From Piedraia hortae CBS 480.64 (Eukaryota), in NCBI GenBank assembly GCA_010093745.1, contig MU006024.1:1-64000 (forward strand): DNA of 64,000 nucleotides, read 5' to 3'. Below the pieces are notes generated by a model, which was given only the letters and a program-made list of their open reading frames with translations, searched no databases and had not been told where the DNA came from. Positions 22,362 to 35,247 of this stretch are shown piece after piece (the first letter of the stretch is position 1; every line of letters begins with the position of its first letter). Position numbers and translations under genes: made by a program.

Positions 22362-23015
22362 ATGTACCATTTGTTCAAGTCAATCTATCTACGCGCTACT
22401 AGCAAAGAGGAATACTCAATTCTCCTCCTCGGTCTTGACAACGCCGGCAAAACTACCTTGCTCGAACAAATCAAGGCCATCTATGGTGCTGAAGGCCAGC
22501 AACCTCAATTGAAGACCGTACCAACAGTGGGACAGAATGTTGCTATAGTGAATTTACCAGACTGCTATCTCCGCATCTGGGACTTGGGTGGGCAACACAG
22601 CCTCCGCGGCCTTTGGCAAAGCTACTACCAAAGCGCTCATGCAATTGTCTTTGTCATAGACAGCACGGACATTGGTGACGCTAACATTGGAAACCTTGAC
22701 AAAGGGGTAGAAGAGGAAGGCCGGCTGGGCGAGTGTCAACTTGTGCTGGAGGATGTGTTGAAAGACCACGATACAGAAGGTGTACCCTTGCTCGTGCTTG
22801 CCAATAAGCAGGATAGGGAAGACTGCGTTGAAGTGGTCAGGATTAAGGAGGGGCTGGTGAGGAAGGTGTTTGAAGGTGACAAGGGACAGAGCGTCAGGGA
22901 CAGCCGGGTCCTGCCGCTGAGCGCTCTCACGGGAACGGGGGTCAGAGAGGCGGTGGAGTGGCTTTGCAGCCGTGTGAAGTGGAGTAAAGAAGCAAGACCG
23001 CCGGCCATGCGCTGA
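22362..23015 (+). CDS. ARL3: Arf-like GTPase Arl3/ARFRP1
   Basis: MYHLFKSIY...EEYSILLLGLDNAGKTTLLE, PTVGQN, WDLGGQ, ANKQD. Confidence 0.93.
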   Translation: MYHLFKSIYLRATSKEEYSILLLGLDNAGKTTLLEQIKAIYGAEGQQPQLKTVPTVGQNVAIVNLPDCYLRIWDLGGQHSLRGLWQSYYQSAHAIVFVIDSTDIGDANIGNLDKGVEEEGRLGECQLVLEDVLKDHDTEGVPLLVLANKQDREDCVEVVRIKEGLVRKVFEGDKGQSVRDSRVLPLSALTGTGVREAVEWLCSRVKWSKEARPPAMR

Positions 23016-23437
23016 GCGGCTATGCCAAGCGGCCTTTTTTTTTGCCTTGGCGCCGCCACAGCCATTGGGGCCGTTCGTTAGCGAATACGGCAGATAACAG
23101 CCCCGCAGTGGAGTAATTGCGCCAAAAGGGGCTAAGAAGCGGTGACTCAGCACCCCTCAAGCTGAACGTCACCTAATGGGGAAATGTGGTTGCAGCAGCA
23201 GCAAAGCCCCAGGCCTCGCTTGTTCCCGCCGCCCACCATATCCCTCTGCGCTGCTAAAGTCTGTCCATCCTACAAACACCAGCGTTACTCAACATACGCC
23301 TTGAACTTCCGCCAGCCAAGCCACAACTCTACATATACCAGACCCCATTCGCGCGACTCGATAGCCTGGCCGACCTTTCCGTGCCTGCAAGCCGCCGGCT
23401 TACCTTTCTGATTCGCGGGCGACTTTGCAGCCGGATT

Positions 23438-25808
23438 ATGGTACTATAGATGTCACCTATGCACTTATCTACCATCTTTACTAAAAGACCGAGAATCCAG
23501 CAGCGCAGGCCCAGCTCACCTTCCAGTCTATCAAGGGGTGGTAGCGCAGCCAATCCCTCCCCCCCTACAACGTCGGGCGCTGACGGCGCTGGCTTTCCCT
23601 CGCCGGATCCCGCACAATCGACCACTTCGGTGAACATGGTTCTCACCCCGCAGCAGCAAGTCGGCCGTCCGCCTTCGTATTATCCGCCCAAAGATCTGGG
23701 CGCTGGTCGCCATGGCCCCGTTGCAGGTGTAACGAATCCGACCGGTGTGCTCCCGCCCATAAGCACAAGCGGAGGCCAGGCTTTCATGCCATATCAGCAT
23801 CCAGGTCTGCCTGGCTATCCGATGCATCCGCCAGGCTATGCCTACCACGGTCCACTTGCCGGCGCTCACCCTGCTCGAGGGGATGTAGCAGAGGTTCCGG
23901 ATAATCCCCGCACCAAAACGCAGCTGATTGTTGGTATCGATTTTGTATGTGGCAGTTTGTCCAAGGTTTTGTCCGTCGCTAATAACTTGTAGGGCACGAC
24001 GTGGTCTGGCGTCGCGTATGCGTTCATCACGAACAATGAGGTCAAGGAAGGTATCATTGCAGAGTGGCCAGGCTCCGGTACAGCTACCAAGCAAAAGGTG
24101 AGCCTGAAACCATAACGTGAAACTAGCTGACGGCCCAGATCCCGACTGTCCTTTATTACGACCAGAATCAGGAGATTGTCGGCTGGGGGCTTGATACAGC
24201 AAACGTGCTCGCGCCCACTGGTATGCTCAAGAAAGGGATCCTGAAGGTTGAGTGGTTCAAACTGCAACTCATGAGAAGCGGCAACACATACATCGACCCC
24301 ATCAGCTTGCCTCCTCTGCCCCAGGGCAAGACGGAGATTGACGTTGCAGCAGACTATCTAACCAAGCTTCGGGAAGCCATTCGCGTTCAACTTCAGAAGA
24401 CTTTTGGCGACATCTTCGTTCGCGAAGAGCACAACATCAAATACTTTCTTACCGTGCCCGCCATCTGGAACGATGCTGGTAAAGCCGCCACGAGGGCTGC
24501 TGCCATTCAAGCAGGCTTTTTGCGCGACGAGAATGACAATCGTCTGACTTTGGTATCCGAGCCCGAAGCTGCGGCAATGTTCTGCTCTCATACCGGTTTG
24601 TTAAATCTCAAGGTGCATGATGCCGTTTTGATTGTGGACTGCGGCGGTGGCACCGTTGACCTAATTGCGTACGAGGTGGAAGAGGAAAGACCTTTCATGG
24701 TGGCCGAGTGCACAGAAGGCACGGGCGATTCTTGTGGGTCCACCGCGCTCAACCGCAATTTTTCGAACATTTTGCGAGCCAAGATCCGAAAAATGGGCCT
24801 TGCCCCAGCCTCGCAAACAGCCTCCAAAGTGTTCAAAAAGTGTGTCCAAGATTTTGAAGCCCGGATCAAAGCAGACTTCAGAAACAATGGCCAAGTATGG
24901 GCTGTCGATGTCGGCATCGAGGCTGAGTACCCCGAGGCTGGCATCGAAGAAGGATACATGTCGTTTACAAACGAGGAAATTCTACAGTGCTTTGAGCCTG
25001 TGGTCAACAGAGTATTAGAGCTGGTGCGTCACCAAATCGTGGCGATACAGCAACGTGGCCGGGCACTGCAGGCAAGTTTTGCACGGAATCGAAAATTGTG
25101 TATGCTTGCTAATGGATGCAGAGTATTCTGGTTGTTGGTGGTTTCGGGGCCTCTGAGTACTTGTTCCAGCAAATCAAAGAAAACGTGCCACCGCAGTTTA
25201 AAGATAAGGTGGTCAGGCCCATGGACGCGGTGGCTGCCATTGTCCGGGGAGCCGTTACCGCCGGCGTTAGCGAGAGAGTCATCACATCCCGAGTTGCGCG
25301 GAGACACTATCTCATGGCAACGCTGCAGCCTTTTCAGGAAGGTCATCATCCCGATGCATATCGTGTACCTTCTCTCGATGGCCGGGACAGATGCAAATAC
25401 ACTCGACAAATCTTTGTGCACAAAGGGCAAAGAGTCAAGATTGGAGAACCTGTCAAGGTCTCCTTCTTTCGACAAGTTGCCCAGGGAGCTACGCTCATGT
25501 ACGAAGACGTGCTCTATGCGTGCGACGATGATGTCTGTCCTGAATACACCAAGGATCCACGTAAGTAATTTTCTTGCAAACAGTCATGTCGAGGCTAACA
25601 CCAAACAGGTATCAAAGAAGTCGTCACCCTTACGTCTGATCTCAGTCGCAAGAACCTTGAAAAGGATTTTGAGCGAATGGAGACGCCACAGGGCACGTTT
25701 TACCGCGTCTACTTTGACATTCACTTGACACTGGATGGTTCCGAGTTCAGCGCTGAACTCGTGTGTCAAGGGGAAATCATGGGACGGTGTTCAGCCAAGT
25801 TTAAATGA
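23438..25808 (+). CDS. Hsp70-like protein of the fungal HSPA12 type, multi-exon; start uncertain
   Basis: IVGIDF|GTTWSGVAY, LTVPAIW, VSEPEAAA, IVDCGGGTVDL, VVGGFGASEYL. Putative first exon is a lone ATG (23438) followed by intron 23441-23500. Confidence 0.88.
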
Positions 25809-26599
25809 TTAATGGTTTTATTTGATGGGATATATGAAAGACGAGGCCGGCCCAGGCGGCCATGACACTTGTCTTTTCCCAGAACTGGCAAAATCGGATG
25901 GAAGTAGTTGTCAAATATTCCGTGTAAATACGCGTGTGGTCGCATTGTTTCAGCCTTTTGTCACCATGGTGTCAACCACGATGGTATGCGTATGGTGCGG
26001 GCCGCGCCGTTGTACAAGGAGCCAATGCAACAGATGCAGGACTAAGGATGCAGCGTTGATATCTCACATCGTCGCAACTTCAGCCAAGTCATTAACAGAA
26101 TGCAAGTAAGTCCCAATCACCTCTTTGTCTCTTTACTTGCACATGCCGACGACCCTGGTCGCGGGAGCGGCTTTCGCCTCGTGATGCCGCTGGGCGGCGC
26201 TTCTGCGGCGTGCGTCCCGTGGCCTTGCTTTTCCAGCTTCATGGGCGGCGCGTGGGGTGACACATTAACAACCCATGAATCATATAAGCTTCGAGATGCA
26301 TCGAGCAGGTGACAAGGCAGACAAGGGTATAATTGGTCTATAACCTAACCGTCACTTTTCGTCTCCCTATCCACGCCAAGCATCTCAACGTGCGCACTCT
26401 TTTTTCCCAGAGCATTACTTCTCCGTCTTCTTCGCCTTCGGGCCCTCTAGCACCAGTTGCAACGGGATCGTTGGATCTTTCTCTCTACCGCACTCATTCT
26501 AATTGCAGTCCCCCCAAGACTCCGTATCTAAAGGTGCGAGAAGACGAGTGGTTAACCATTGACCAGACCCATGCCTCGACTACCACAAACCCCGTATCG

Positions 26600-27681
26600 A
26601 TGCAGTCGCGCCGCAGGGGTCATTCGCCCAAAGTTCTCATCATGGGGACGAAAAAGTATGTGTTTGTGAAACACACAAGAAAGAAGTAAGAACTCTAATC
26701 TCCGCGTACAGCAGCGGCAAATCGTCTATCCGCAAGATAGTCTTGGAAAAACTCCTACCAGCAGACACACTTTTTCTGGAACCGACACTGGAGATGGAGA
26801 GTTCAACTCTCCACTCCTTCATCACAACCGAAGCAATCGAAATCCCCTCCATAACCGCAAGCAACACACCACCTCCTTCCCACACTCTCCCTCCTGTCCT
26901 GTGTACTGCCCCCATAAATCTCAGCACAATCGGCAGCATAATCTGGCTCATCGACGTGCAAGACGAGTTACTACCCAGCATAACCAGCATGGTCCAAATC
27001 GCGGTCTACCTAGCCGAGTACCACCCGCGTGTAAACCTCGAAGTCTTCATCCACAAAGTCGACGGTCTGACCGATGAATACGGCTGGGATTTGTATCGAG
27101 AGGTTCGTCAGCGGGCGCAGGATGAATTAGGAGACAGTGGCTTCGACCCAGCGAATCGCCTCTCAATCGCTTTCCATCAAACCAGTATCTACGACCGAAC
27201 CGTCTTCGAGGCCATGTCACGCGTCGTGCAGAAAATCATACCCCAACTGCCTGGGATGGAGGCCCTCCTAAACAAACTCTGCTCGACTTGTCGGATTCAG
27301 AAAGCGTATCTCCTCGATACGGGGAGTAAGCTTTTTGTGGCTACGGATGCGAGTCCGACTTTTACACGCGATTATGAGCTTTGTGCGCATTTTGTGGATG
27401 TTGTGGCTGATATCAAGCAGTTGTATGATTGGCGGGAGGGAGTGGATGGTGGTGATGGAGATGGGGACGCTCACAAGGAAGAGGATTCTACTGCTATAGG
27501 GGAGAGTACATTGACGTACGATCCGGCCGGGGAAACTTTCATGTACGCACGTGAAATGGCGCCGGCACTGTCGCTCGTTTGCATCATGGGAAAGGGATGT
27601 GGACCACAACAAAGGGTTAGAGTGGATTATAATGTCGAGCTCATACATGAGGCTTTGCTGGCAATTTTTTACACGCGGTAA
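26600..27681 (+). CDS. GTR2: Rag-family GTPase Gtr2/RagC-D (divergent); at least 1 intron, 5' end uncertain
   Basis: LIMGTK|NSGKSSI, DTLFLEPT, EVFIHKVDGL, QTSIYD, SRVVQKIIPQLP, KAYL.D..SKLFVATD, DYNV. Confidence 0.85.
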
Positions 27682-27775
27682 TGTCATGATGAGGTGAGAA
27701 TTAGCTAGCTGCGGTGGTTGGCACTGAGAGGACAGAAAGCTTTTTATCTTGTGAGTAACATCATGCTGACGTTAT

Positions 27776-29378
27776 CTAAACGGTAATTTGACTGTGTCGG
27801 CCCGATTCGATTTTGTACTTTTTCAGTGCGGGACGGACTTGTGTGTCGATGACTTCATCAACGATTTCGGGACACCGTCCGATGAACGTATCTGGATTGG
27901 TAAGTTCGTCCAGTTCGTCAAGAATAGGTTGGAAGAACTCGGTTGCCCTGATCCTGTCGAGAAGATCGTTTGGCTTTCCCTCTTGCTTCACAACCTTTCC
28001 TGCTTCTTGCGAAAGGACGCTGTCGAGATATCAGTAACGACTTACCGCGTCATGTTAGTAGATACCTACCGGATAACTTCGTGCACTTTCTGTCGGGAGT
28101 AACCCTTTTCAACCATGGCCATGATGACGTTCTCCGTCGCCATGAACGGAAGTTCGGCGTTTATCCTCTGGCTGATTACCGCCTTGTTCACTACCAGACC
28201 GGAGGTGATATTGTTCAGCTATGCATGTTAGCACCGTCAGTACAAGGCAGCGTCAACTTACAAGGATGCAACAAGCGTCAGCGGCGAGACACGCGCACGG
28301 GAGGACGAGTCTCCTGATAGCCGAGTCATCCAGACTTCTCTCCAGCCATTGAGCCTGATGAGTCTGCTCTGCGGAACTGGAATATGAGCTCAATGCCCTC
28401 CCAAGCGAACAAAGTCTCTCCGACCTCATCGGGTTCGTCTTGTACGCCATTGCAGATGAGCCAATCTGGTCAGCTTCGAACGGCTCCTCCATCTCTTTGA
28501 ACATGGCCAGATGTCTCATATCCCCACCAATCTTGTACGCCGTACAGCCAAACGAAGAGAGAGCGTGGATGAAATCCACATCAATCTTCCTCGAATAAGT
28601 CTGCGAAGTGGACAGGGTTGAGGCTTTGAAGCCCGCCTTCTCCGTAACCATCCGATCAAGGCTCTTGACCTTTTCATGATCACCCTTAAAGATCTTCAAG
28701 AAAGAAGCCTCGGTGCCGGTCGTACCTTTGGAACCTCTAAACTTGACCAGCAACTTCTCTCTCATCGTCTCCCAATTCTCGAGATCATCCAGCAAATCCT
28801 GTATCCACAGCGTCGCCCTCTTGCCCACGGTAACAAGCTGCGCAGCCTGGCCATGGGTATACCCCAGCGTAGGCAGAGCCTTATACTGCTCCGCGAAGCG
28901 AGCCAGCTGATCAATCGCCAGCGCCAGTTTTGGAAGAAGCATATCAATCGCGTCTCTCAGGAAAATCAGATCGGCGTTGTCGGTAACGAAACACGAGGTC
29001 GCGCCCCAGTGAATGATCCCCGCCGCAGCGGGGCATCGCAGGCCGAAGACGTGCACATGGGCCATGACATCGTGTCTTCGCTTCGCCTCCTCTTGGGCCG
29101 CGAGAGGAAAATCCGAGTCTGCGATCACAACGTTCGCCTCCATCTGCCGCAGTGCTTCGTCCTCGATTGGCAGGCCCAGGCTTCGTTGCGACTGCGCCAG
29201 CCAGAACCATAGCCTGCGCCAGGTGCTAAAGCGATTGCGCGGGGAGAAGATGAATTGCATCTCCCGTGAAGAGTAGCGAGAGTTGAGGGGGCTGAGGTTC
29301 GAGTGTTAATTTTCCTGCGTATTCACTGAGAAGAAGGGAGTCGTACTTTTGGTAGGTGTCATAGTCGGCCGTCGACAT
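27776..29378 (-). CDS. ADE13: Adenylosuccinate lyase; 3 introns
   Basis: [57 protein letters not shown]. Confidence 0.96.
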
Positions 29379-30029
29379 TTTTGTATATTTTCGAATTTGG
29401 TGTTCGGTGGTGTGGAGGTGGGGGTGGGGGATTTTCCAAACTGACGTTGCAGTTGCCTCGGCCCGCTCCGCAAATTTTGTGGAGACGATATAGCAGTGAC
29501 GTCACATCATCTCCGTTCATCCTCGGCTAACTGAAAGTTTTCACCATGTAATTACTCAATCCTCCGTGAAGCTGAACCCGTGCTTTCGTGATCGCCTTAT
29601 CCCCAGGTGCCCGCTCTTCTATGGTGAAAATATGTTCCTTCTTAATTTGTCCAACCCCTGACTTACTGAATTCGAAACACTACAAATCCTTGTATACAAG
29701 ATAAACCTAAAGTTCAGCTTTCACATACACATATTCAAGAAGGGGAAAACAACACTTGCAGCAATATATCCACTCACTGTAGTACTCACTCGCAGGCTTG
29801 CGACTCAAACCCCTCTGTTCCCCACAACATATATGACCTGACACCAATGTATCGCAGAATCAACAAACAAGATCCTCAACCCACCACAAAGCATCTCAGA
29901 CAGAAGTCACCCTTCACCAAGCGCCTGAGATATCCTCTCCTTCTACGAATATCTAGAATAACCAACCGTCCACATATCCAAACCCGCAAAAATTCAACAA
30001 CCTCCCAACCCCTCACTCCCTCCTTCCCA

Positions 30030-32570
30030 ACCTAGTCCCACCAGGCAAAGTCCACTCCCTAACTCCTTTCTGAACCCAAAAATGGCCCCGTGAAGAGCTC
30101 CTCATTGCTCGTATGTCTCAACCAAGATTCTATATCCTCAATCTTCTGACCCCTCCCATCTAGAACCCCAGTCTCCGAAAGCCTATATTCCGGATGGTTC
30201 GAGGGTTGAGCACCCTACACGCGAGCGCCAAGGTTATTTCCAGGTCTGGCGGATATCGCATCGCATGGTAGTTCAAATTGGATGGGGAAGAGATTAGAGG
30301 AGCTGCTTCTTCGATCGAGATGTCTATCTTCTGGGGCTGGGGTATCTCTTCGAGCTGAGGGCCGGTTACGTAGCCCTGAACTTCCCTTGTCCGGAGCTGG
30401 TGGGTTTCTTGGGGTTGAGGTTACTCCGTTTGAAGGGGCTCTGGGGGAGTTGTTGGCGCGACCGTTCTGATCCGTCGAATTGGTCTGGGTGACTTGTTCC
30501 TTCTTGAATTGCTTGATGAGACGTCTTGGGAGGTCCGTCCTACCCGCAGGTTCCACATCAATAGGTTTTCGTTTTGGGGGTATGATTCTAACCCTCCCCT
30601 GCCGCTTGATCACATGTCCTTGGATGGCTTGGGGTAGATGTTACTCTTCGAGTTCAGTAAGGCTGCTATCAGAGGCGGTAATGGCCTTGAGGGCCTTGAG
30701 GCTGTTCCCTCGATCGTGTATCTTGGGAGCATTCTCACTTTGCTGAGAAGGGGCTATATGCATGCCGGGAGGACCACCAGACGTTATATCGCTCTGTACA
30801 GCTTCTCCATTTTTCTCGTCAGAGTTGTCAGTTGTCCTTTGGACGTCTCTGACGGCCCCTCCTTCCCGCTCGGTTTCTGCTGCGTTTCTGCACGGGCTTC
30901 TCAACAGACGTGGATACCGTTGTATCAGCTGGTGTATCATTGTTCCCTTGATCAGCTGGTCTTGGAACCCTCTCACCCTGCGGAGGAGGAGCTATAAGAG
31001 AAGCGGTAGGGTCAGCAGACTGAGTTATCAAATCGCTCTGTGCGGCTTGTTTGTCCTCTTCCTCGGAACGCCTCACTTGACTCTTTCTTTCTGCAGAGCT
31101 CTCGTCATTTTTCCGCACGAGTTCATGCAGGCTGCGTACGCGCATGTCGTATGTGGTATCGTCTGCTACATGACTTTCCTGTCGATCAGCTGTCGCTGAG
31201 ACCTTCTCCCTCTGTTAGAGAGGAGTTATAGAGGAACCGATAGGGCCACCAGACAGTACATCATCCTGTTCAGCTGGTCTTTCCCCTTCACTGAAATTAC
31301 TCTTGGTTTGTCTGACGGCCCCTCTTGCCCACAGGTTTTCTGCCAGGTCTCTTCACGGCCTTCTCAGGGCTGTTATCAGATGCAGAGATTGATCTATCGC
31401 CAGATACATAGTCTGGGGGGTTCCTGGATCTTTTGGAGCTGAGCCATCGATCGGATTTCTCCGAAATGCTCTCACCATGCCAAGGAGAAGTTATGGAAGA
31501 ACCGAAAGAGCCACCAGACGTTACGTAATCTTGAGCAGCGTCTTTATTTCCCTCCTTGGGATCCCCCCTTAGATCGTTTCAGGCGGCTACGTCTTCCCAC
31601 AGGTTTCCTTCCAGGTCTCCACACGAGCTCATCAAGGCTATTACCAGACACGGAAAATGTTTTATCACCTGTTACATAGTTTCTGGAACGCTTGGATTTG
31701 CGGAGCTGATCCCTCGATCAAGTTTCTTCGAAACGCTCTCACCTTGTCGAGGAGTTGTATACAAACCCTTGGGGCCACCAGACTTTACATCACCTTGAGC
31801 GGCTTTTTCCTTCCCCTCATGAGAATCATCTTCTGGTCGTTCCGGGAAGCTCCCTACACTCATAGGGGGCGAATTGACATTCCCGCTAAGACTACCAGGC
31901 CAGGTTATCATATCGTTCTTGACGTGTGATGGTGGACTATTCGCGGACTCCTCATCAAATTTAGTAGCAGATGCGGAAACCGTCGTATCATGTGGCACAT
32001 GTCGATAAGGTATCTTTAAACTGCTCTCACCGTCCCTCCTGCCTGCAGGTTTTTCCCCTGAAGGCTTCCCGCCCGGAGGTTCCTCGCCTAAAGGTTTTCC
32101 ATCCGCAGGCTTCGTTGTACCTGGTCTCGGAGGCTATGTACGAAGCCTCCTCACCGGGTTATTCGTATTGCCGTGGAGAGTCGTCATATTGTCCTGTACA
32201 GACTGTTTCTCCGCACCATGAATTGAACGTCTCGGACGGCCCTTGGGTTTCCCAGAAGATCCCCCGCCTGAAGGCCTTTTCATGCTCGCAGGTCCCTTGG
32301 CACCGCGTCTCGGGGACAGGGTACGAGACCCCCTTCCCTGTTTACTCGTATCACTATAACTTCGAAGTCCCCCCCCTCCATTTACTTTATTACTTTATTT
32401 AAATTGTTGTGATTCTCAATGCCCGAGTTTGATATTCCAGTCTCTCCTTTGTGGCTTTTAAAAAAGCGGCTCAGTCGCCGCGTGCGAGGAGAGAAAGTAT
32501 TCCCTGCAAAGGAAGAAGTGGTGGATGATGATGTTTTCTGATTATTGGATCTTGCTCTTGACATTGTGGT
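30030..32570 (-). pseudogene. Disrupted large low-complexity gene with five internal 235-265 bp repeats
   Basis: Consecutive ORF pieces on the minus strand. A recurring anchor, ccaccagac or tcagcagac, lies at 30774, 31012, 31246, 31511 and 31775. Confidence 0.5.
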
Positions 32571-33747
32571 TGTTTTTCGGCGGGGGTTGATGCTGTGTTC
32601 TTTAGTATTATGGTGTAGAACAATTGGTGGAAGTGTTGGTGTAATGTGTGGGCGTGTGAGGATTGGAGGAAGAGGCTCGAAAGGAGCAGGCGCGGTTTTC
32701 CAGCCAGTCATTGGGAGATCTCGTGATGCGTTGCTATATCGCGTTATGCATAATTGTAGTGTTCGTGTGGATTGCCCTGTCAGGACTCGCTACTTATTCC
32801 ACGGTCTCGAAGCCCTTCTGCATTAAACAAGTCAGAAGACAACTGGTCGCAGGAGCCACGATAGGACGAAGTAAGATAACTGACAGTATGTATACTCCCA
32901 GCAACCCATCCTAGACAATCCCATCTGCTTTTCCACAGACTCTGGCTTCGGAACAGAGGTCCGAATTCAATATCCTCTTACTACCGTTTGAAACTCAAAG
33001 CCGTCTCCCACCCCCTCGTATTGCTAGATCGTCCATACAACACTTAAGCACAATATTTGGATACATTCCGCCTGCAGAGCAAAACCACATGTAATGTGAT
33101 GGAGGTGGGGCCACTAGATGCACCTTCCTTTCCCGTCTAACATTCAAGTGCGTCAGCCCTCCCCTCACTAAAGAATCGCGATAACTGCATAAGTGATGTG
33201 ACAAACGTGTGCATACGACAACCACCCGCAATAATGATAATCAACAGCCATACAGCTGCCCCCAAGCTATGCGATGCCTTGTTTTTCCAGCAAATGGCAG
33301 CTCAAGGTCACTAAAATGAAATTGCGAGATGCTTCGTGTTTGGCTACCTAAGGTATACATGCCCAGCAAAGTGAACCCTCACACCTTTGTAACATGACCT
33401 CCTATTATGCAGATTTGATAGTGGATGGAAAAGGTGTTCTAACACATGTATGCCAACCTATCTACCTGATTCCTTGCACTGTCTCGGCTTTGTCGTCTAA
33501 GAGTCGGGCGTATGCGATCGTTCATCCGAGAATTTCTTTACAAGGAATTCGCTTTCATCATTGCTTTCGGTTCTCTGCGGTGTCTGCGGATGTTAACCTT
33601 CTGAACCATTCTGGACGTATGTATCGGTGTTAGTGTTGTGCGGCTTGGAATTCAGGGAATCGGGAGCCTGCCGCTGATCACCTTCCACGGAACTCAGAAT
33701 GCTTTTGGAAACTTCTCCGGGTTGATATTTCATGGGTGACCGAGGGG

Positions 33748-34428
33748 CTAAGTCCGATCAGGAGAATGACTAGGAACCTGCTGTTGATGGTTTTCCACGA
33801 AATTCATAGTCCTGTCGGAACCTTCTCCGTGTTGAGCCTGGCTGGGAGGTGAGACAGACGTGAACCAAACGAAAGCTTCCCTTCGAGACAAATCTCCAGG
33901 ATCAATGCTCCTCACACACGTGGTTAACTGATCGTAAGCATTAAACCCTTTCTCCAGATAAACCTTCAAATCCCTCCACGGAATAAAATCATAACCCATA
34001 GGCACATGATTGTCCGGCAAACACCTATACGTTTGTAGATCCAAAGCAAAACCCGATAAGTCCCAATTATGGAACCTTGAGTCATGGCCTGGCATGGGCT
34101 CCGCAGCCTTGAGAAGCGGCCAAATTTTGCTTATGGAGAAGACGTCGGAGCTCCGACGCTGTAAAAAGCCTAACAGGCATGTGATGTCGTAAAGAGACAC
34201 GAAAAGTTGGTCGGTGCACAGACAGAGACAGCTGATCGCGTACATATTGCCGCTACGCCAGCACGTAGTAGACGATTCGCTGCAGGGTGTGACTTCCACG
34301 TAAATTGAGTCGCGGCGTTCATCCCGGGTGACTAACACCAATTTCCTGTGCGTCTTGAGTTCGTATAGGGGCCAGGAATCTGAAACATGATCGAGGGTGT
34401 TGCTGTTGATTTCGAGCTTGGGGGCCAT
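33748..34428 (-). CDS. Divergent MedA/Medusa-like domain protein, copy A1 (226 aa)
   Basis: Paralogue of 35248-36213 and 40467-41408: W..E..HRKLV, YAISCL, VSLYDITCLLGFL, PMGYDFIPW.DL.VYLEK. Confidence 0.75.
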   Translation of the reverse strand: MAPKLEINSNTLDHVSDSWPLYELKTHRKLVLVTRDERRDSIYVEVTPCSESSTTCWRSGNMYAISCLCLCTDQLFVSLYDITCLLGFLQRRSSDVFSISKIWPLLKAAEPMPGHDSRFHNWDLSGFALDLQTYRCLPDNHVPMGYDFIPWRDLKVYLEKGFNAYDQLTTCVRSIDPGDLSRREAFVWFTSVSPPSQAQHGEGSDRTMNFVENHQQQVPSHSPDRT

Positions 34429-35247
34429 TGTGTGTGGACTGGTTTTTGAGGTGTGATTGGAATTTGGGTCCGCGGATACAATGATTTGAGGTCGATGAAG
34501 TTATGGCAGTTGAAAGGTGAGGAAGGAAGTGCTTGAAGGCAAAGATCGATTATAACTGGTTCTGATTATGACTAGCATCACTAATCAGTTTGTGAACTGA
34601 GCTTCAGTTGAAGGGAACGAACTGATAGTGTGAGTACACTGAGACGTGAATAATTGTATAGTTACATTTACTACATACATGAGAGGACGTTGTTCATGGT
34701 CATCACGTGAAACCCTTCAACTCCTTTGAACCGTTATGCTATTCAACGAGTGCTCCAGAACTTGCCCTGTCTATATTGCCAAGTGAGCGGCATATTGCAT
34801 GGAAAGATTATCAAGTAGTGAAGCTGCTCGAAAAGCAAAGATACCATTAATGTTTAACATCGTTGAGTGATGTCCCAAGTTGATCGCGCCGGTGCAGGTC
34901 GGGAGGCGCAAATGTCTCTGTAACCTCATAGCAAACTATCTAGTAGTGGTCGACAATACAATCAACAAGACATAGTCTTTAAACTGTTAATGAGCACTGT
35001 AATTCGTTAAATGCACCATTAACGTACCAACATTCGATCCAATTATAAAGACCGGATCAAATTTGCGAGATGCTACGTGGTTGGATGTCTGAATGGGACA
35101 CATGCCATCGGACTGGGATGACAAATTTCAGTAGTATGAAACCGCGACGCTAAATGGGGAATTGTTCACACAGATGTGCTTTCCTGTCTACTAGAGCTTC
35201 ACCAGCCCCATCCTAGCTTATGTAATCTACAAGTCGGACACGCGCAG

